This document shows positions 22,018 to 32,996 of a DNA stretch of 64,000 nucleotides, piece by piece. The notes under the pieces are model-generated. The model was given only the letters and a program-made list of their open reading frames with translations. It was not told the DNA's origin and did not search any database. This DNA is from an uncultured bacterium (GTDB taxonomy: Bacteria; Fidelibacterota; JAANXI01), in NCBI GenBank assembly GCA_964413425.1, contig CAYPST010000007.1, positions 10,987 to 74,986 on the forward strand, read 5' to 3'. Within the stretch, counting starts at the first letter, position 1; each line of letters begins with the position of its first letter. Made by a program: the position numbers and the translations under genes.

Positions 22018-22642
22018 ATTACTTTGGGGATGATCCCTGGTCCGCCCTGATATAATCTGAACGCTATTTGTATTACTCTGACGAGATGTCAAAATCATCC
22101 AAAGCAATTCTTCGTAATCAACGGGTAGAGATCCGGAAATTCCCTTCAAAGGAAAATTGTGACTATTCAAAAGCTTTTCCGGATGATATCCCGCTTGACA
22201 ATTGGTAAATGCCAGCTCCGTCAGACTGCACTTTTATCTGAGTGAAACCGAATTTAATTGCGAACCCCTGATACAGGTATCTGTATGACTTTTAGTTATT
22301 TAACGATAGTCAATATATTGGTCATCCATAATTTATCTACGTTTAACTAAGCCTTTATTTTGTTCATTCTTCTCTTTAATTATGAATGTCTGTGGAACAT
22401 GAGCCTGACTTGATACCATGCGCAGATATTCACGTCTTGGCAGCAAATGAAGTGGTTTCATTCAAATATTCCCATTATACTGCATTTAAGTATTACTTGA
22501 ACTCTGTTCACCGGCAATAGTATATAGTGAAGAGGTCTAATTAGAAAAGCAGGCGGGAAGGAATCCGAAATGGATTCGAAGCTTTTGATTACTATTTGGA
22601 ATTCCTGACTTTTTCGGTATTTTTGATTAACGAAAGGTGACA

Positions 22643-23146
22643 ATGAGATTATCGTATATTTCGTCCTTCATTATTGTCGGTGCTCTCTCATCACTCGCTC
22701 TGGTTACCATGCAATGTGATGATAAGACCGTATTCGGTTCGGAACGCACCATTGATATCCCGGGCAAATCAATTTCAGTACGTCTTAAAAAGGAAACCCA
22801 GCAGAGCGGAAATTCAACATTAAATATTCTGGTAAAAGGGCTGATCGGTACCGATCAGATAGCGGCAATCCTGGTCGGGAATACGCCGATTAATGTGTTC
22901 TTGGTGACGAATCAGGAATTCGTTCCGCAGGATACGGTGTTTCTGAACACTTTTGCGGAACGAACGGAATCCACGTATGAATCCCAGATTCGCTACAATA
23001 CCACGGCAGACAGCGCTCAGCTCCTGATTAATCTGAATAACGAGATAGTGTTTGACAGACACATCTTCATTCAACGTGGCGACCTGTTAAAAGAACAATT
23101 CAACTTAAATTTAGCTGAATCAAAGGCACTCCGCCGCTTGTATTGA
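22643..23146 (+). CDS. Hypothetical exported protein, possible lipoprotein
   Basis: Hydrophobic N-terminus ending ...LVTMQC; AAAGG upstream; beta-rich mature part. Confidence 0.6.
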   Translation: MRLSYISSFIIVGALSSLALVTMQCDDKTVFGSERTIDIPGKSISVRLKKETQQSGNSTLNILVKGLIGTDQIAAILVGNTPINVFLVTNQEFVPQDTVFLNTFAERTESTYESQIRYNTTADSAQLLINLNNEIVFDRHIFIQRGDLLKEQFNLNLAESKALRRLY

Positions 23147-23623
23147 TTGGATCAAAACCAATGTCTTCCATTGGTGCCAGTCCGGGGATGCATCCTCACT
23201 GGGCGCTGAATTGTAGTCCGACAATTATCCCGGGGATCTCTCAAATAACGAGTTTAACTTTGTTCTGACCATCCTTCCGTTCCTTTATTGCTCTATTAGA
23301 ATGATCCGGAACATATACTGTGCCTCTCACACTCATGCACAAAGCATTAGCCTTTGTTTCAATGGCCTTATCCTGACCTCACAAGCAGATACCTTCACGT
23401 CGCCTGTCCGATTCTTCTGCCGAATGCAAAGTTACACCGGTATCTCCTGCAGGCATTATGCTCGCTGCACATGTATCATTTATGGATTTCCGGCAATGCG
23501 CAAACCCTCAGAGAGGGATTGCGCAAACCGGATGTGATAGAATAGACATTGCACCCTTAGGTATATTTTTGCTCCCACTTCGAATCGGATTCGATCCTGT
23601 GTCTTAACCCACTTCTTTTTTAG

Positions 23624-23793
23624 GAGTCTATTCAGAAAACGCCTCGCCCCCAAGGGATGCCTCTTCGGGGCAAAGAACACATGAACAATTGTCTCCTGCA
23701 TCCCGAAAAATATTCGGGAAATATGTTCGGTATATACTCCATGGAAGCCGGGCGCAACATTTTGTAGAGACTTACTGTTTTCGAAACACTCAC
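23624..23793 (+). mobile_element. MITE-like element, copy 2 (141-bp core plus 29 nt)
   Basis: Same TIRs, slightly decayed; 3' part is collinear with copy 1 (CTCCATGGAAGCCGGGCGCAACA...GTAGAGACTTACTG); no clean TSD. Confidence 0.82.
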
Positions 23794-24289
23794 TTTATAA
23801 ATATATGCCTGTGGATAAGTTGTGACCTAAGTTGAGCGATACGAGTGCCCCACTCTGGGGTCCCTCTGGGACAGCGAAGTATCGCTGTACTTCGGTAGAA
23901 CCCCGACTGAGAAAATGTGTGTTTTCACCGAATGGGTGCGGAACGTCCCGACGCCGTTTTCGGGGAGGGGAACACGTATGCCGAAGGCATTCTTCGAACA
24001 TTTTGGTTGTGAACAAATCAGGATATTGATGACTGCTGATAGGTCATATTGGTTCATGATGCTTGTATTAGACACCAGTGCCTGTGCATATAAATACCTA
24101 TTTTATTGCCACATTAAAACATTTATGCACTAAGGGCTGGCATACTTTTTAGGTCATATTTGTCCTCAATTACTGTATACTATTATTTCCGGGGCTTCTG
24201 AGACAGCAACAAGTATAAATACCTGTTACGCAAACAGCTCGTTAAGTATTTATTGAAGTTTATATGACATCCAAAAATCAAATTTATTA

Positions 24290-24318
24290 TTGACAATACA
24301 AAATTATTTAGTAAATAT
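24290..24318 (+). promoter_or_regulatory. Putative sigma70-type promoter for the 24377 gene
   Basis: Perfect TTGACA at 24290-24295 followed by an AT-rich -10-like region (TAAATAT). Confidence 0.4.
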
Positions 24319-24376
24319 TAGATATAAGTTATGCACTATATATGTTCTTTGAATGCGGTTTGCAGGTGTGAATAAC

Positions 24377-24892
24377 ATGGATAAATATGGGTTTGCAGAA
24401 ATTGAGGCAATGAGAAAAATAGCAGAAGCATTAACCGGACTTGAACAAAACGCAATAAAACGGGTTCTCGCGTGGGTAAATGATAAATATCAATTTATCC
24501 CTTCCGGAAGAAAATTTGGGGCGTCCCATGGGATGGAGCCAGAGGGGGTTACAGCCGAGGATTCAGATAAAGCTCCTCCCCAACAGCTGGGAGAATTTTA
24601 TGCCCTAACCTCCCCTGCTACGGATGCAGAGAAAGCATTAGTGGTAAGTTATTGGCTGCAATTTTATAAACATTATGAAGAATTTAATGCTGCCACCATC
24701 AATGCGCATTTAAAAAATCTGGGTTATCTGATTACAAATATTACCCGGGCGTTCAGTCATCTCCAGTCGAAGAAGCCCCAACTCGCCGTTCAAACCAAAA
24801 AATTGGGACACACCAAGCAGGCCCGCAAAAGATACCAGGTGACAGACGCCGGAAAACGGTATGTAGAGGAAATGCTGAAGAAGGATGCCTAA
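24377..24892 (+). CDS. Hypothetical protein with a probable C-terminal winged-helix domain
   Basis: ATG after AGGTG; C-terminal RYQVTDAGKRYVEEML resembles a wHTH wing and terminal helix; AT-rich context. Confidence 0.7.
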   Translation: MDKYGFAEIEAMRKIAEALTGLEQNAIKRVLAWVNDKYQFIPSGRKFGASHGMEPEGVTAEDSDKAPPQQLGEFYALTSPATDAEKALVVSYWLQFYKHYEEFNAATINAHLKNLGYLITNITRAFSHLQSKKPQLAVQTKKLGHTKQARKRYQVTDAGKRYVEEMLKKDA

Positions 24893-24985
24893 ATGGAGTA
24901 TCGCGCGGGCAATTGCCTGAAACCAAGACGACAAATGATTATACCAAATCATTGAATCCGATCATCAGGATACTGACCAAACTAT

Positions 24986-25115
24986 GAGAGTGTTTGGAAA
25001 CAGTCCTTTGCAGTCTTGGCGAACTTTGCCCTGTCCCACTCCGAAGGAGTCTCTGTGAGAACGGGTTCTCAGTGCCAAAGGCATCCCCTGGGCGAGGCGT
25101 TTTCTAAATAGACTC
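24986..25115 (-). mobile_element. MITE-like element, copy 3 (short variant)
   Basis: GAGAGTGTTTGGAAAC ... GGCGAGGCGTTTTCTAAATAGACTC, with internal hairpin modules. Confidence 0.8.
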
Positions 25116-26154
25116 AAAATATATAGTTGTCGCAAGACGTGTTCATGCCGCTTCATTCAGCAATTGCATCTCCTTGAACCTGCAGAACAACTCTACTTCC
25201 TCTGTTATATTCCCATAGCAAGTAACACGATGCAACCCGCTGGCCCAGTTTTTCCATAACCTGTTGATGTTACCATCGACTTTCACTGTCATTTTGGTCC
25301 GGCACCCGCGATCATGTTTCCGGTACGTCAATAATTGTCCCGGTGAAGTATCGCAGGGTATCCGTTCCAGCGATTATTGCACTGGTAACCGGCTGTCGGA
25401 GGCGCATTCGTACCTGCGGGACTGCCCCTTCCCGACGCTCCATAATTGTGCGGAGCTGGTAGGGGGCAGCCGGGCCGTCCGGCCCATCCATTTTGGTCGT
25501 TCCCAAACAATGTGCCAGAATGATGGAATCAATGGATTCATCCACCGTGGGATCATTGACGAAACCCGGATTCCCTGAGAGACCCTGAAATAGTATATGC
25601 GTCATCGCAGATTGGAGATCAGATTCACAGATACCGCCGAATCCCATATCGTTGAGCCGGGTAAATCCTATACAGGGATATGCGTATTTGCGGCAGAGTG
25701 GTTCATACATGGTCCCGTAACAATCCACGGTTACCACTGTCGCCTGTTCCTCGTGTAGTAATTGCTCAAGGGCTAAGGCCATGCGGCAGGAACGGCTGAT
25801 CTCATCTTTGGAAGGCTCAACGACCCGGACGGCTTGATTCATCCATCGGGCCGTTTCTTCCGCCACCGTTCGATCATCAATGGAGTGGTATTTATTTACA
25901 ACACGGTCAAGAGAAACCGGAATAATTTCGGTACCGAATTTACTTCGTACGGCAGAAGCATATTCATCAAAAGAGCGATTCGTCACGTTCAAAATTCTGG
26001 CTTCGCGGAGATGATGCACTGCCCGAATCGGCCGAATCGCCAGAATGAGTTTGCTGTAATCGCTTGTTAACATACACCCTAGTGTCATGTCAATCTTGTA
26101 ATATCGCAATAAATGACGTACATTTTCTTCATAATCAGCCCAGGAGGTTTGGCT

Positions 26155-26601
26155 ATGAAGAAATACATTGTGACCCTGACGGCCGAAGAGCGAGCGCACC
26201 TGGAAACCTTGATATCCAAAGGGAAGCACCGATCCCAGGTGATCTTGAATGCGCTGATTCTGCTCGGGTGCGATGCCGGCGAATGTCAGCCCCACCGATC
26301 CACCAATGCCGAGCTGGCCACGGTCTTGTGTATCAGTATGCGCAAGATCGACCGGCTGAAGAAGCGCTTTGTGCTGGAAGGGCTGGAGGTGGCCCTCCAT
26401 GGGACCAAGGGCCAGCGGACGTATCCCAAGAAAGTGGACGGGGAGGTGGAAGCCCATTTAGTGGCGTTAAGCTGCAGCGAGCCGCCAGCCGGATTTCATC
26501 GCTGGTCCCTCCGGCTGTTAGCGGAGAAAATGGTGGAGCTGGGGTACCTCGAGAGTGTGTCTCACGAGACCGTCCGTCGCGTATTAAAAAAAACGAATTG
26601 A
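26155..26601 (+). CDS. IS630 transposase OrfA (HTH part)
   Basis: MKKYIVTLTAEER...RWSLRLLA...VSHETVRRVLKK; GGAGG ribosome-binding site. Confidence 0.9.
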   Translation: MKKYIVTLTAEERAHLETLISKGKHRSQVILNALILLGCDAGECQPHRSTNAELATVLCISMRKIDRLKKRFVLEGLEVALHGTKGQRTYPKKVDGEVEAHLVALSCSEPPAGFHRWSLRLLAEKMVELGYLESVSHETVRRVLKKTN

Positions 26602-27287
26602 AGCCCTGGCAACGGCACTGCTGGGTCATTCCCCCGCAACAGAATGGCAGTTTTGTGGCCCAGATGGAACAGGTGTTAGCGGTGTATACGCGCCCGTACA
26701 ACGCCGCCTTCCCGGTGGTGTGCATGGACGAAGCGCCGAAACAACTCATCGCAGAGACCCGCCTCCCCATTGCGGGGGCGCCAGGCCAACCAGCGCGGTA
26801 CGATTACGAATACCGGCGTTGCGGGGTTTGCACGATTTTTCTGGCCTGTGAACCCTTGGTGGGCCATCGGATGGTGCGGGTAACGGTCCGGCGCACCAAA
26901 CCGGTGTGGGCGTGGTTTCTCGCAGAGATTAGTGCCCACTATCCCACCGCAACGAAAATCACGCTGGTGATGGACAACCTGAATACGCACACGCCTGGTT
27001 CCCTCTACGAAACGTTCCCCCCGGAGATAGCCAAAGCCCTCTGGGATCGGTTTGAATTTGTGTATACGCCGAAACATGGGAGCTGGTTGAACATGGCCGA
27101 GATCGAGTTGAATGTGCTCACGGGACAGTGTTTGAATAGACGCATCGACGATATAGAGGTGGTCAGGCAAGAGGTACAGGCATGGCAGGTACATCGAAAC
27201 AACAAAAATGCCCGAGTGCATTGGCAATTCACCACTGCGGATGCCCGGATAAAGCTCTCCCGGCTCTATCCGACACTTGAGAGTTGA
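26586..27287 (+). CDS. IS630 transposase OrfB (DDE domain), reached by a -1 frameshift
   Basis: CMDE, VMDNLNTH and HGSWLNMAEIE catalytic motifs; A8C slippery run at 26586-26594. Confidence 0.9.
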   Translation, partial: KKNELKPWQRHCWVIPPQQNGSFVAQMEQVLAVYTRPYNAAFPVVCMDEAPKQLIAETRLPIAGAPGQPARYDYEYRRCGVCTIFLACEPLVGHRMVRVTVRRTKPVWAWFLAEISAHYPTATKITLVMDNLNTHTPGSLYETFPPEIAKALWDRFEFVYTPKHGSWLNMAEIELNVLTGQCLNRRIDDIEVVRQEVQAWQVHRNNKNARVHWQFTTADARIKLSRLYPTLES

Positions 27288-27883
27288 CGTGACACTAGTC
27301 CGGACCCCGATGATTGCTTCTGGAGTGCACCAAAATTCACCCATTCATGGCCAGAATATGGGTCGGCGAATACGATGGTGGGTTTCTTCAGCTCCAGGAT
27401 CTCCTCCAGAATAGGCTGAATACCGATGTTAAAATGAATGGCCAGAATGCCGTCAACAGTCTGCAGTTCATCGTGTAATTGAAGGATGTCTTCCGGAGAG
27501 GTCACCAGCTGATCAATGGAGAAATCGACATCAGATAATTCTTCGCCATACTTTGCAAATTGATTTTCATAGAACTGAATTTCCTTCTGGAAGTCAAGTT
27601 CAGGCTTCGGCCATAATCCATGGGAAGTCCCCATATAGAGTCTGGCCACTTTGACTCTGGACGTTCGGCACCCGGGACTGATCAGCTGAGAGTCACCGGA
27701 ATTGCTGGTGGCAGCAGCAAGAGGTACACCACTCAGCAGCATCACACCGCCTGTCGTGGCCAACTGTAAAAATTGTCGTCTGTTCAAGTGCGTGGTCATC
27801 TCATTCTCCTGTGATGGCTAACATTGGTAGAAAACGCCTGATATATTTCAAAGCATTCAGATCGCAGCTGACCCCGGATTCTC

Positions 27884-29101
27884 TTACTCCTGACCACGGC
27901 TTTCCAGCAGATTATCGACTATGGATCGATCCAGTTTGTGATAATCCCCTTCCACGTCAACCAGCAAATTATCCGAGAAGAGTATGCGGGTACTGGCTTC
28001 ACCGACAACTTCCACAGATTTCGGACGGACACCGGCAAACACATTCCCGTCCAGGGCAATATTCGAGGTTTCCAGGAGGGTAATACCTGCTGCTTCCCGA
28101 TCATCTTCGGCACGCATGAGTTCGCCTTCACCGACATAACTGTTCGAAAAATTATTTCCGGTCACCGTAATACGGCCGCTTCCCTTTGCAATGCGAAGCG
28201 CATGGGTTTTCATAATTGTAAAGGTATTGGCACTCACCGCACAGCCGTGGGCATCGCGCAGATCCACCCCGCCTCCGTTGTGGGCGATAACGTTTGAGCC
28301 GATAGTAATCCCGTAACAATTCCGATCCAGGATTATGGCCATACCACCGCACTCTTCAATCATATTGCCTGAAATCACCGAGCCGTATGTGTTCTCAAGA
28401 ACTACTCCGTCTTGAATATGATCATCAAGATTATTCCCCACCATACATAAATTAAATCCGTCCAGACAGTGAAGCGCATCTCCGTTTTCCTCAAATTGAT
28501 TGCCATTCACCACAATATCATGGCAACCTCTGAGATACAGACCGGTACCCTGGTTATATGTAATCAGTGAGTTGCATATGCGCGGATCTTCATAACAATC
28601 TTCCAGGTGGATCCCGTCTCCCCCATGATAATTGATGGTAATACCGTCCAGATACAGTTCATTGATATCCCTGGCAAGAATACCATGGCCGCTTTTCTCA
28701 TTCCCGGATACCCGAAGATTTTCCAGTTGTATCCTCCAGAGTGCTGATTCTCCATCGGGTGTCTCTCCTTCCGCTCGAATCCTGATTGCCGGTTGCCCCG
28801 TACTGTCAATATTTTTGATATGGGTTGCGGTTCCCGCTCCCTGCAAAAGGATATCATTCTGCGAAATCACCAACGGTTGAGTAATCTCAAATACTCCGGG
28901 AGGCAGCCGGACCATCCCGCCTTCCGGGGGTACTTGATCGATGGCTGCTTGCAAAGATGGATATAACCTGGCATCTACTACCGGTCTGGCTCCTGGCAGC
29001 CGGGCAGTCTGTCCATGAAGATTTCCGTTATTACGCACATAAATCACCAGTACAATGAGTGTAATAATTAAGGCTGCAGAAGCAATAATACAGCGACGCA
29101 T
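27884..29101 (-). CDS. Right-handed parallel beta-helix repeat protein (pectin-lyase-like fold), exported
   Basis: N-terminal hydrophobic anchor, SLQAAID...GGMVRLPPG start and repeated I.GN.I / GI.L units. Confidence 0.85.
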   Translation of the reverse strand: MRRCIIASAALIITLIVLVIYVRNNGNLHGQTARLPGARPVVDARLYPSLQAAIDQVPPEGGMVRLPPGVFEITQPLVISQNDILLQGAGTATHIKNIDSTGQPAIRIRAEGETPDGESALWRIQLENLRVSGNEKSGHGILARDINELYLDGITINYHGGDGIHLEDCYEDPRICNSLITYNQGTGLYLRGCHDIVVNGNQFEENGDALHCLDGFNLCMVGNNLDDHIQDGVVLENTYGSVISGNMIEECGGMAIILDRNCYGITIGSNVIAHNGGGVDLRDAHGCAVSANTFTIMKTHALRIAKGSGRITVTGNNFSNSYVGEGELMRAEDDREAAGITLLETSNIALDGNVFAGVRPKSVEVVGEASTRILFSDNLLVDVEGDYHKLDRSIVDNLLESRGQE

Positions 29102-29268
29102 GGCTTCCTCCCTGGAGTATTAATATGTTTAATTTTAATTCCACGTAAGGCCATTTTCCGATCATTCTATGACCGGAATACATAAACCTGACATACCGGC
29201 TCAGGCTGTTTTTCATACCAGAAAGTCCGCAATGTACAACAAGACAATCGGCGGCTTCCCTCACTGAA

Positions 29269-30135
29269 TCAAGCCGCACCCAATCCGGTCAGCTCTTCAC
29301 TGATCTCCCATAAGCGGGCTGCTGCCTGAGGATCATATGATTCCTCCGAAGAAGTTGCCGGCTGTTTGTCGATAAAGTACGTTCCACTGATGCCCTCAAC
29401 CTCCGGTGAAGAAGCAAGATATATACTTGTTTGAGCGCCTTTTTCCGGACTCTTTGCAAACAGATGTAACACAGGCATGACGACTTTCCCCAACAATCCG
29501 GTGTTCTTCCCAAAGTTACTGGCAACAAAGCCTGGATGAAGTGCATTCACGGCGAGAGCGTCGTTTTCAAGCCGCCGGTCGAGTTCGTATGTAAATAAAA
29601 TATTTGCTAATTTGGATTGTCCATACGCGTGCATCGGAGAGTATTTTTCTTCACATAACAAATCATCAAAATTGATGGAGACGCCTCTATGGGCTTCTGA
29701 AGATACATTGATAATTCTACCTGATGCGCTCTGCTTCAGAAGATCGAGGAGGAGATTGGTGAGCAGGAAATACCCCAGATGGTTCAGGGCAAATGTCATT
29801 TCGAGGTCCTCCTGTGTCTCCTGGCGGGAAAAGAAAATGGCGCCAGCATTATTAACCAAGATATCCAACCGAGCGTATCGTTCTTTATAATTTGCAGCGA
29901 GTCGTCGAATATCCTCCTGTACAGATAGATCAGCAAGCAGGTAGTCCACCCGGGGATTCCCGGTTTCTTGTTGTATCTGCTCTACGGTGCGTTCACTTTT
30001 CTCCTGATTCCGTCCGACGATTACCGCAGACGCACCCTGGGCGGCCAGCTCTGTGGCAGTCACTTTGCCAATGCCCGAGGTCGCGCCGGTAACAAGACAT
30101 TCTTTATCTACTATATATGGATTTGATTTCATCAT
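29269..30135 (-). CDS. SDR-family oxidoreductase (retinol dehydrogenase-like)
   Basis: TGATSGIG, NNAG, YGQSK and LHPGFV motifs. Confidence 0.93.
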   Translation of the reverse strand: MMKSNPYIVDKECLVTGATSGIGKVTATELAAQGASAVIVGRNQEKSERTVEQIQQETGNPRVDYLLADLSVQEDIRRLAANYKERYARLDILVNNAGAIFFSRQETQEDLEMTFALNHLGYFLLTNLLLDLLKQSASGRIINVSSEAHRGVSINFDDLLCEEKYSPMHAYGQSKLANILFTYELDRRLENDALAVNALHPGFVASNFGKNTGLLGKVVMPVLHLFAKSPEKGAQTSIYLASSPEVEGISGTYFIDKQPATSSEESYDPQAAARLWEISEELTGLGAA

Positions 30136-30426
30136 ATCCCCCTTCCGTCATCGACAGCTCAGGGAATTCATATTCTACCCATTCATCAGAACAAAGAATC
30201 AGTCCGACTAAAATATAGAGGTTCCTGTCGACTTTCGGAAGACTCCTTTTCTGCAGATATTCACCACAAAGACATTGTACCACTTATTGCTTCAACTGAT
30301 GAAATCCTTCATGGAGCAGAAGCGTTCCTTCTGTCTATGGTAGCCCGGAGGATGATAATCGTGTACAAAGATAAACTGCTGTTATCCATTTCAGGGATAA
30401 CAGCAGCAACGTATGAAAGGATTGAG

Positions 30427-30500
30427 TACGCCCAGCAGGATTCGAACCTGCGACCTTTGGAACCGGAATCCAACGCTCTATCCAGCTGAGCTATGGGCGC
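30427..30500 (-). tRNA. tRNA-Arg(CCG)
   Basis: GCGCCCATAGCTCAG...TTGGA-TTCCGGT-TCCAA...GGTTCGAATCC...TGGGCGTA; CCA not encoded. Confidence 0.96.
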
Positions 30501-30672
30501 ATTATTTGTTATAATATACAATGAACAGGGACAGTTGAAAACATGAATTTACTCATTATCACGGTCTTTTTTATTTATTGCAACAAATTTAAATTAGAAT
30601 AGATAAAAGGAGAACACGAATGTTGCATTCTCTGGATAGAGATAATCTATAATTATAACAAGGAGTGAATCA

Positions 30673-32937
30673 ATGCTCATCGATTTAGAACCAATCGAGA
30701 GATTGTATAGTTCTCTTCATGAGGTGCACGAGAAAGCCAGAGATTTGTTTGGCAGATCATTATCTCTTGCTGAGAAAATATTATACTCTCATATGGTCGA
30801 TTTTGGCTCGAGTGATGTCAAACGCGGCGAGAGTGACGTCTATTTCGCACCGGATAGAGTTGCTATGCAGGATGCGACCGCACAGATGGCCCTGCTGCAA
30901 TTCATGCTCGCCGGTCGTGACAAGGTTGCTGTCCCCACGACAGTTCATTGTGATCACCTGATTCAGGCATATGAAGGTGCCGGGGAGGATTTAAAACGTG
31001 CGTTGTACGAAAATAACGAAGTCTACCAATTTCTCCAGTCAACTTCGAAGAAGTATGGGATAGGTTTCTGGGAGCCTGGTGCCGGTATTATCCATCAGGT
31101 GGTGCTGGAAAATTATGCCTTCCCCGGTGGTATGATGATCGGAACGGACAGCCATACACCCAATGCCGGTGGACTCGGAATGATTGCCATCGGTGTCGGT
31201 GGTGCCGACGCTGTTGATGTTATGGCAGGTCAACCCTGGGAGCTTCGCATGCCGAAGCTGATCGGATTCCACCTCACCGGCGAATTGACCGGGTGGACGT
31301 CGCCGAAAGATATTATTTTAAAAGTCGCAGATATTTTAACGGTCAAAGGCGGGACAGGCAAAATTATTGAATATTTTGGTCCGGGGACCGAATCAATCAG
31401 CTGTACCGGAAAAGGGACTATCACCAATATGGGTGCCGAAGTGGGCGCCACAACCTCTATTTTTCCCTTTGACGATCGCATGGTACAGTACTTACAAGCG
31501 ACCGAGCGGGAAGCCGTTGCCGATCTGGCCAACAAATACAAAGAATATTTGCGTCCCGATGAAGATGTTGAGCAAAATCCGGAAGAGTATTTTGATGAGA
31601 TCTATGAAATCAACCTCAGTAAGTTGGAACCGCATGTGGTTGGTCCCCATACCCCTGATCTGGCAAGACCCATCTCGAAGCTCGCACAAGATACCGATGA
31701 CAACAAGTATCCCTCAGAAATCAGGGAGGCCCTGATCGGCAGTTGCACCAATTCATCGTATGAAGACCTCACCCGGGCCGCCTCAATTGCACGACAAGCT
31801 GCGGAGCGCGGTTTGCGGACCAAATCCGGCTTCATGGTAACCCCGGGATCCGAACGGGTGTATCAGACCATAAAACGGGATGGTATTCTGGAAGATTTTG
31901 AAAAAATTGGCGGGACAGTACTCGCCAATGCCTGCGGTCCCTGTATCGGTCAGTGGAAGCGTGATGATATTGGCGAAGACGAACCGAATACCATCATCAC
32001 CTCATTTAACAGGAATTTCAAGGGGCGCAATGATGGCCGGGCTTCGACCCACTCCTTCATCGGGAGCCCTGAAATCGTCGTAGCCATGGCCTTCGGCGGT
32101 GATTTGCACTTTAATCCACTCACCGATGAACTGGCCACCGGGAATGGCGCACCATTTAAATTCGAGCCGCCAGTGGGCGAAGAGCTCCCTTCCCTGGGAT
32201 TTGAATCCAAAGACAGCGGCTTCATCCCGCCCGCCGAAGACGGCGAAGATGTCGAAGTCATTGTCGATCCCGACAGTGACCGGATCAGTCTACTGGAGCC
32301 GTTTCCGAAGTGGAATATTCCTGACGATTTCGAAAATTTAGTGATGCTGGTGAAAGCGCATGGGAAATGCACCACGGATCACGTTTCCCCGGCCGGGCGA
32401 TGGCTGAGATTTCGCGGTCATCTGGATAACATCAGTAATAATATGTTTATTGGCGCAGTCAATGCGTTTACCAAAGAAACGGGTACCGGATTCGATGTGC
32501 TCGACAATGAGCGAGGGAAGTCGTTTTCGGACATTGCCCGGCATTATAAAAACGAGGGAGTTGGGTGGATTGCCGTTGGCGATGAAAACTACGGCGAGGG
32601 CAGCAGCCGGGAACACGCAGCCATGGAACCCCGACATCTTGGATGCCGGGCGATCATCGCACGCAGCTTCGCCAGAATCGCTGAAACCAACCTGAAGAAA
32701 CAGGGAATTTTGCCCTTATGGTTTGCGCATAAAGCCGATTACGACAAATTAGACGAACAAGATCGAATTACCCTCCTGGGGCTTGATCAATTGCAACCCG
32801 GCCAGCCGGTGACCGTGCGGCTGCAACATACCGATGGGTCAACTAATGATTTTGAAACGACTCACACGCTCAGTGACAAACAGATTGCATGGTTTTACGC
32901 CGGATCGGCTCTGAATTATATCAGAGAAAATACCTGA
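30673..32937 (+). CDS. Aconitate hydratase (mitochondrial-like type)
   Basis: [40 protein letters not shown] and [12 protein letters not shown]. Confidence 0.96.
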   Translation: MLIDLEPIERLYSSLHEVHEKARDLFGRSLSLAEKILYSHMVDFGSSDVKRGESDVYFAPDRVAMQDATAQMALLQFMLAGRDKVAVPTTVHCDHLIQAYEGAGEDLKRALYENNEVYQFLQSTSKKYGIGFWEPGAGIIHQVVLENYAFPGGMMIGTDSHTPNAGGLGMIAIGVGGADAVDVMAGQPWELRMPKLIGFHLTGELTGWTSPKDIILKVADILTVKGGTGKIIEYFGPGTESISCTGKGTITNMGAEVGATTSIFPFDDRMVQYLQATEREAVADLANKYKEYLRPDEDVEQNPEEYFDEIYEINLSKLEPHVVGPHTPDLARPISKLAQDTDDNKYPSEIREALIGSCTNSSYEDLTRAASIARQAAERGLRTKSGFMVTPGSERVYQTIKRDGILEDFEKIGGTVLANACGPCIGQWKRDDIGEDEPNTIITSFNRNFKGRNDGRASTHSFIGSPEIVVAMAFGGDLHFNPLTDELATGNGAPFKFEPPVGEELPSLGFESKDSGFIPPAEDGEDVEVIVDPDSDRISLLEPFPKWNIPDDFENLVMLVKAHGKCTTDHVSPAGRWLRFRGHLDNISNNMFIGAVNAFTKETGTGFDVLDNERGKSFSDIARHYKNEGVGWIAVGDENYGEGSSREHAAMEPRHLGCRAIIARSFARIAETNLKKQGILPLWFAHKADYDKLDEQDRITLLGLDQLQPGQPVTVRLQHTDGSTNDFETTHTLSDKQIAWFYAGSALNYIRENT

Positions 32938-32996
32938 TTGAGTGTGATGAGAGTTGCACATGGAACGGTGTTCATCATATTCCTTCCCATGTGTGT

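Larger units (their letters stand above)
26080..27297 (+). mobile_element. IS630-family insertion sequence (coordinates include both TA copies)
   Basis: Ends TAGTGTCATGTCAA / TTGACGTGACACTA (13/14 inverted match); TA duplication within a CTAG target; two overlapping transposase ORFs. Confidence 0.95.
25143..27799 (-). pseudogene. Tat-signal L-fucose/L-arabinose-isomerase-like protein, disrupted by an IS630 element and a frameshift
   Basis: N-terminal NRRQFL; removing the IS joins ...SSGSGL|GCMLTSDY in frame; CESD and LAHC motifs; one extra base near 25314 separates IDVPET from DRGCRTK; repaired length 479 aa. Confidence 0.8.

Noticed and set aside
22394-22550. GGAACATGAGCCTGA and GAGGTCTAATTAGAAAAGC resembling MITE sub-terminal sequence and TIR
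   Set aside because: Short, degenerate, and not arranged as a complete element.
23810-23818. Perfect DnaA box (TGTGGATAA) suggesting oriC
   Set aside because: Only one box seen; no cluster and no dnaA/dnaN/gidA context.
21764-25115. Repeats with variable interiors read as a CRISPR array
   Set aside because: No regularly spaced direct repeats and no cas genes; TIRs and TSDs indicate MITEs.
25312-26457. 381-aa minus-strand ORF as an intact gene
   Set aside because: Its first ~125 codons are antisense IS630 sequence; only the part from GCMLTSDY belongs to the disrupted gene.
26064-27287. 407-aa single-ORF transposase
   Set aside because: The N-terminal half is the wrong frame and starts outside the IS; the real protein is an OrfA-OrfB frameshift fusion.
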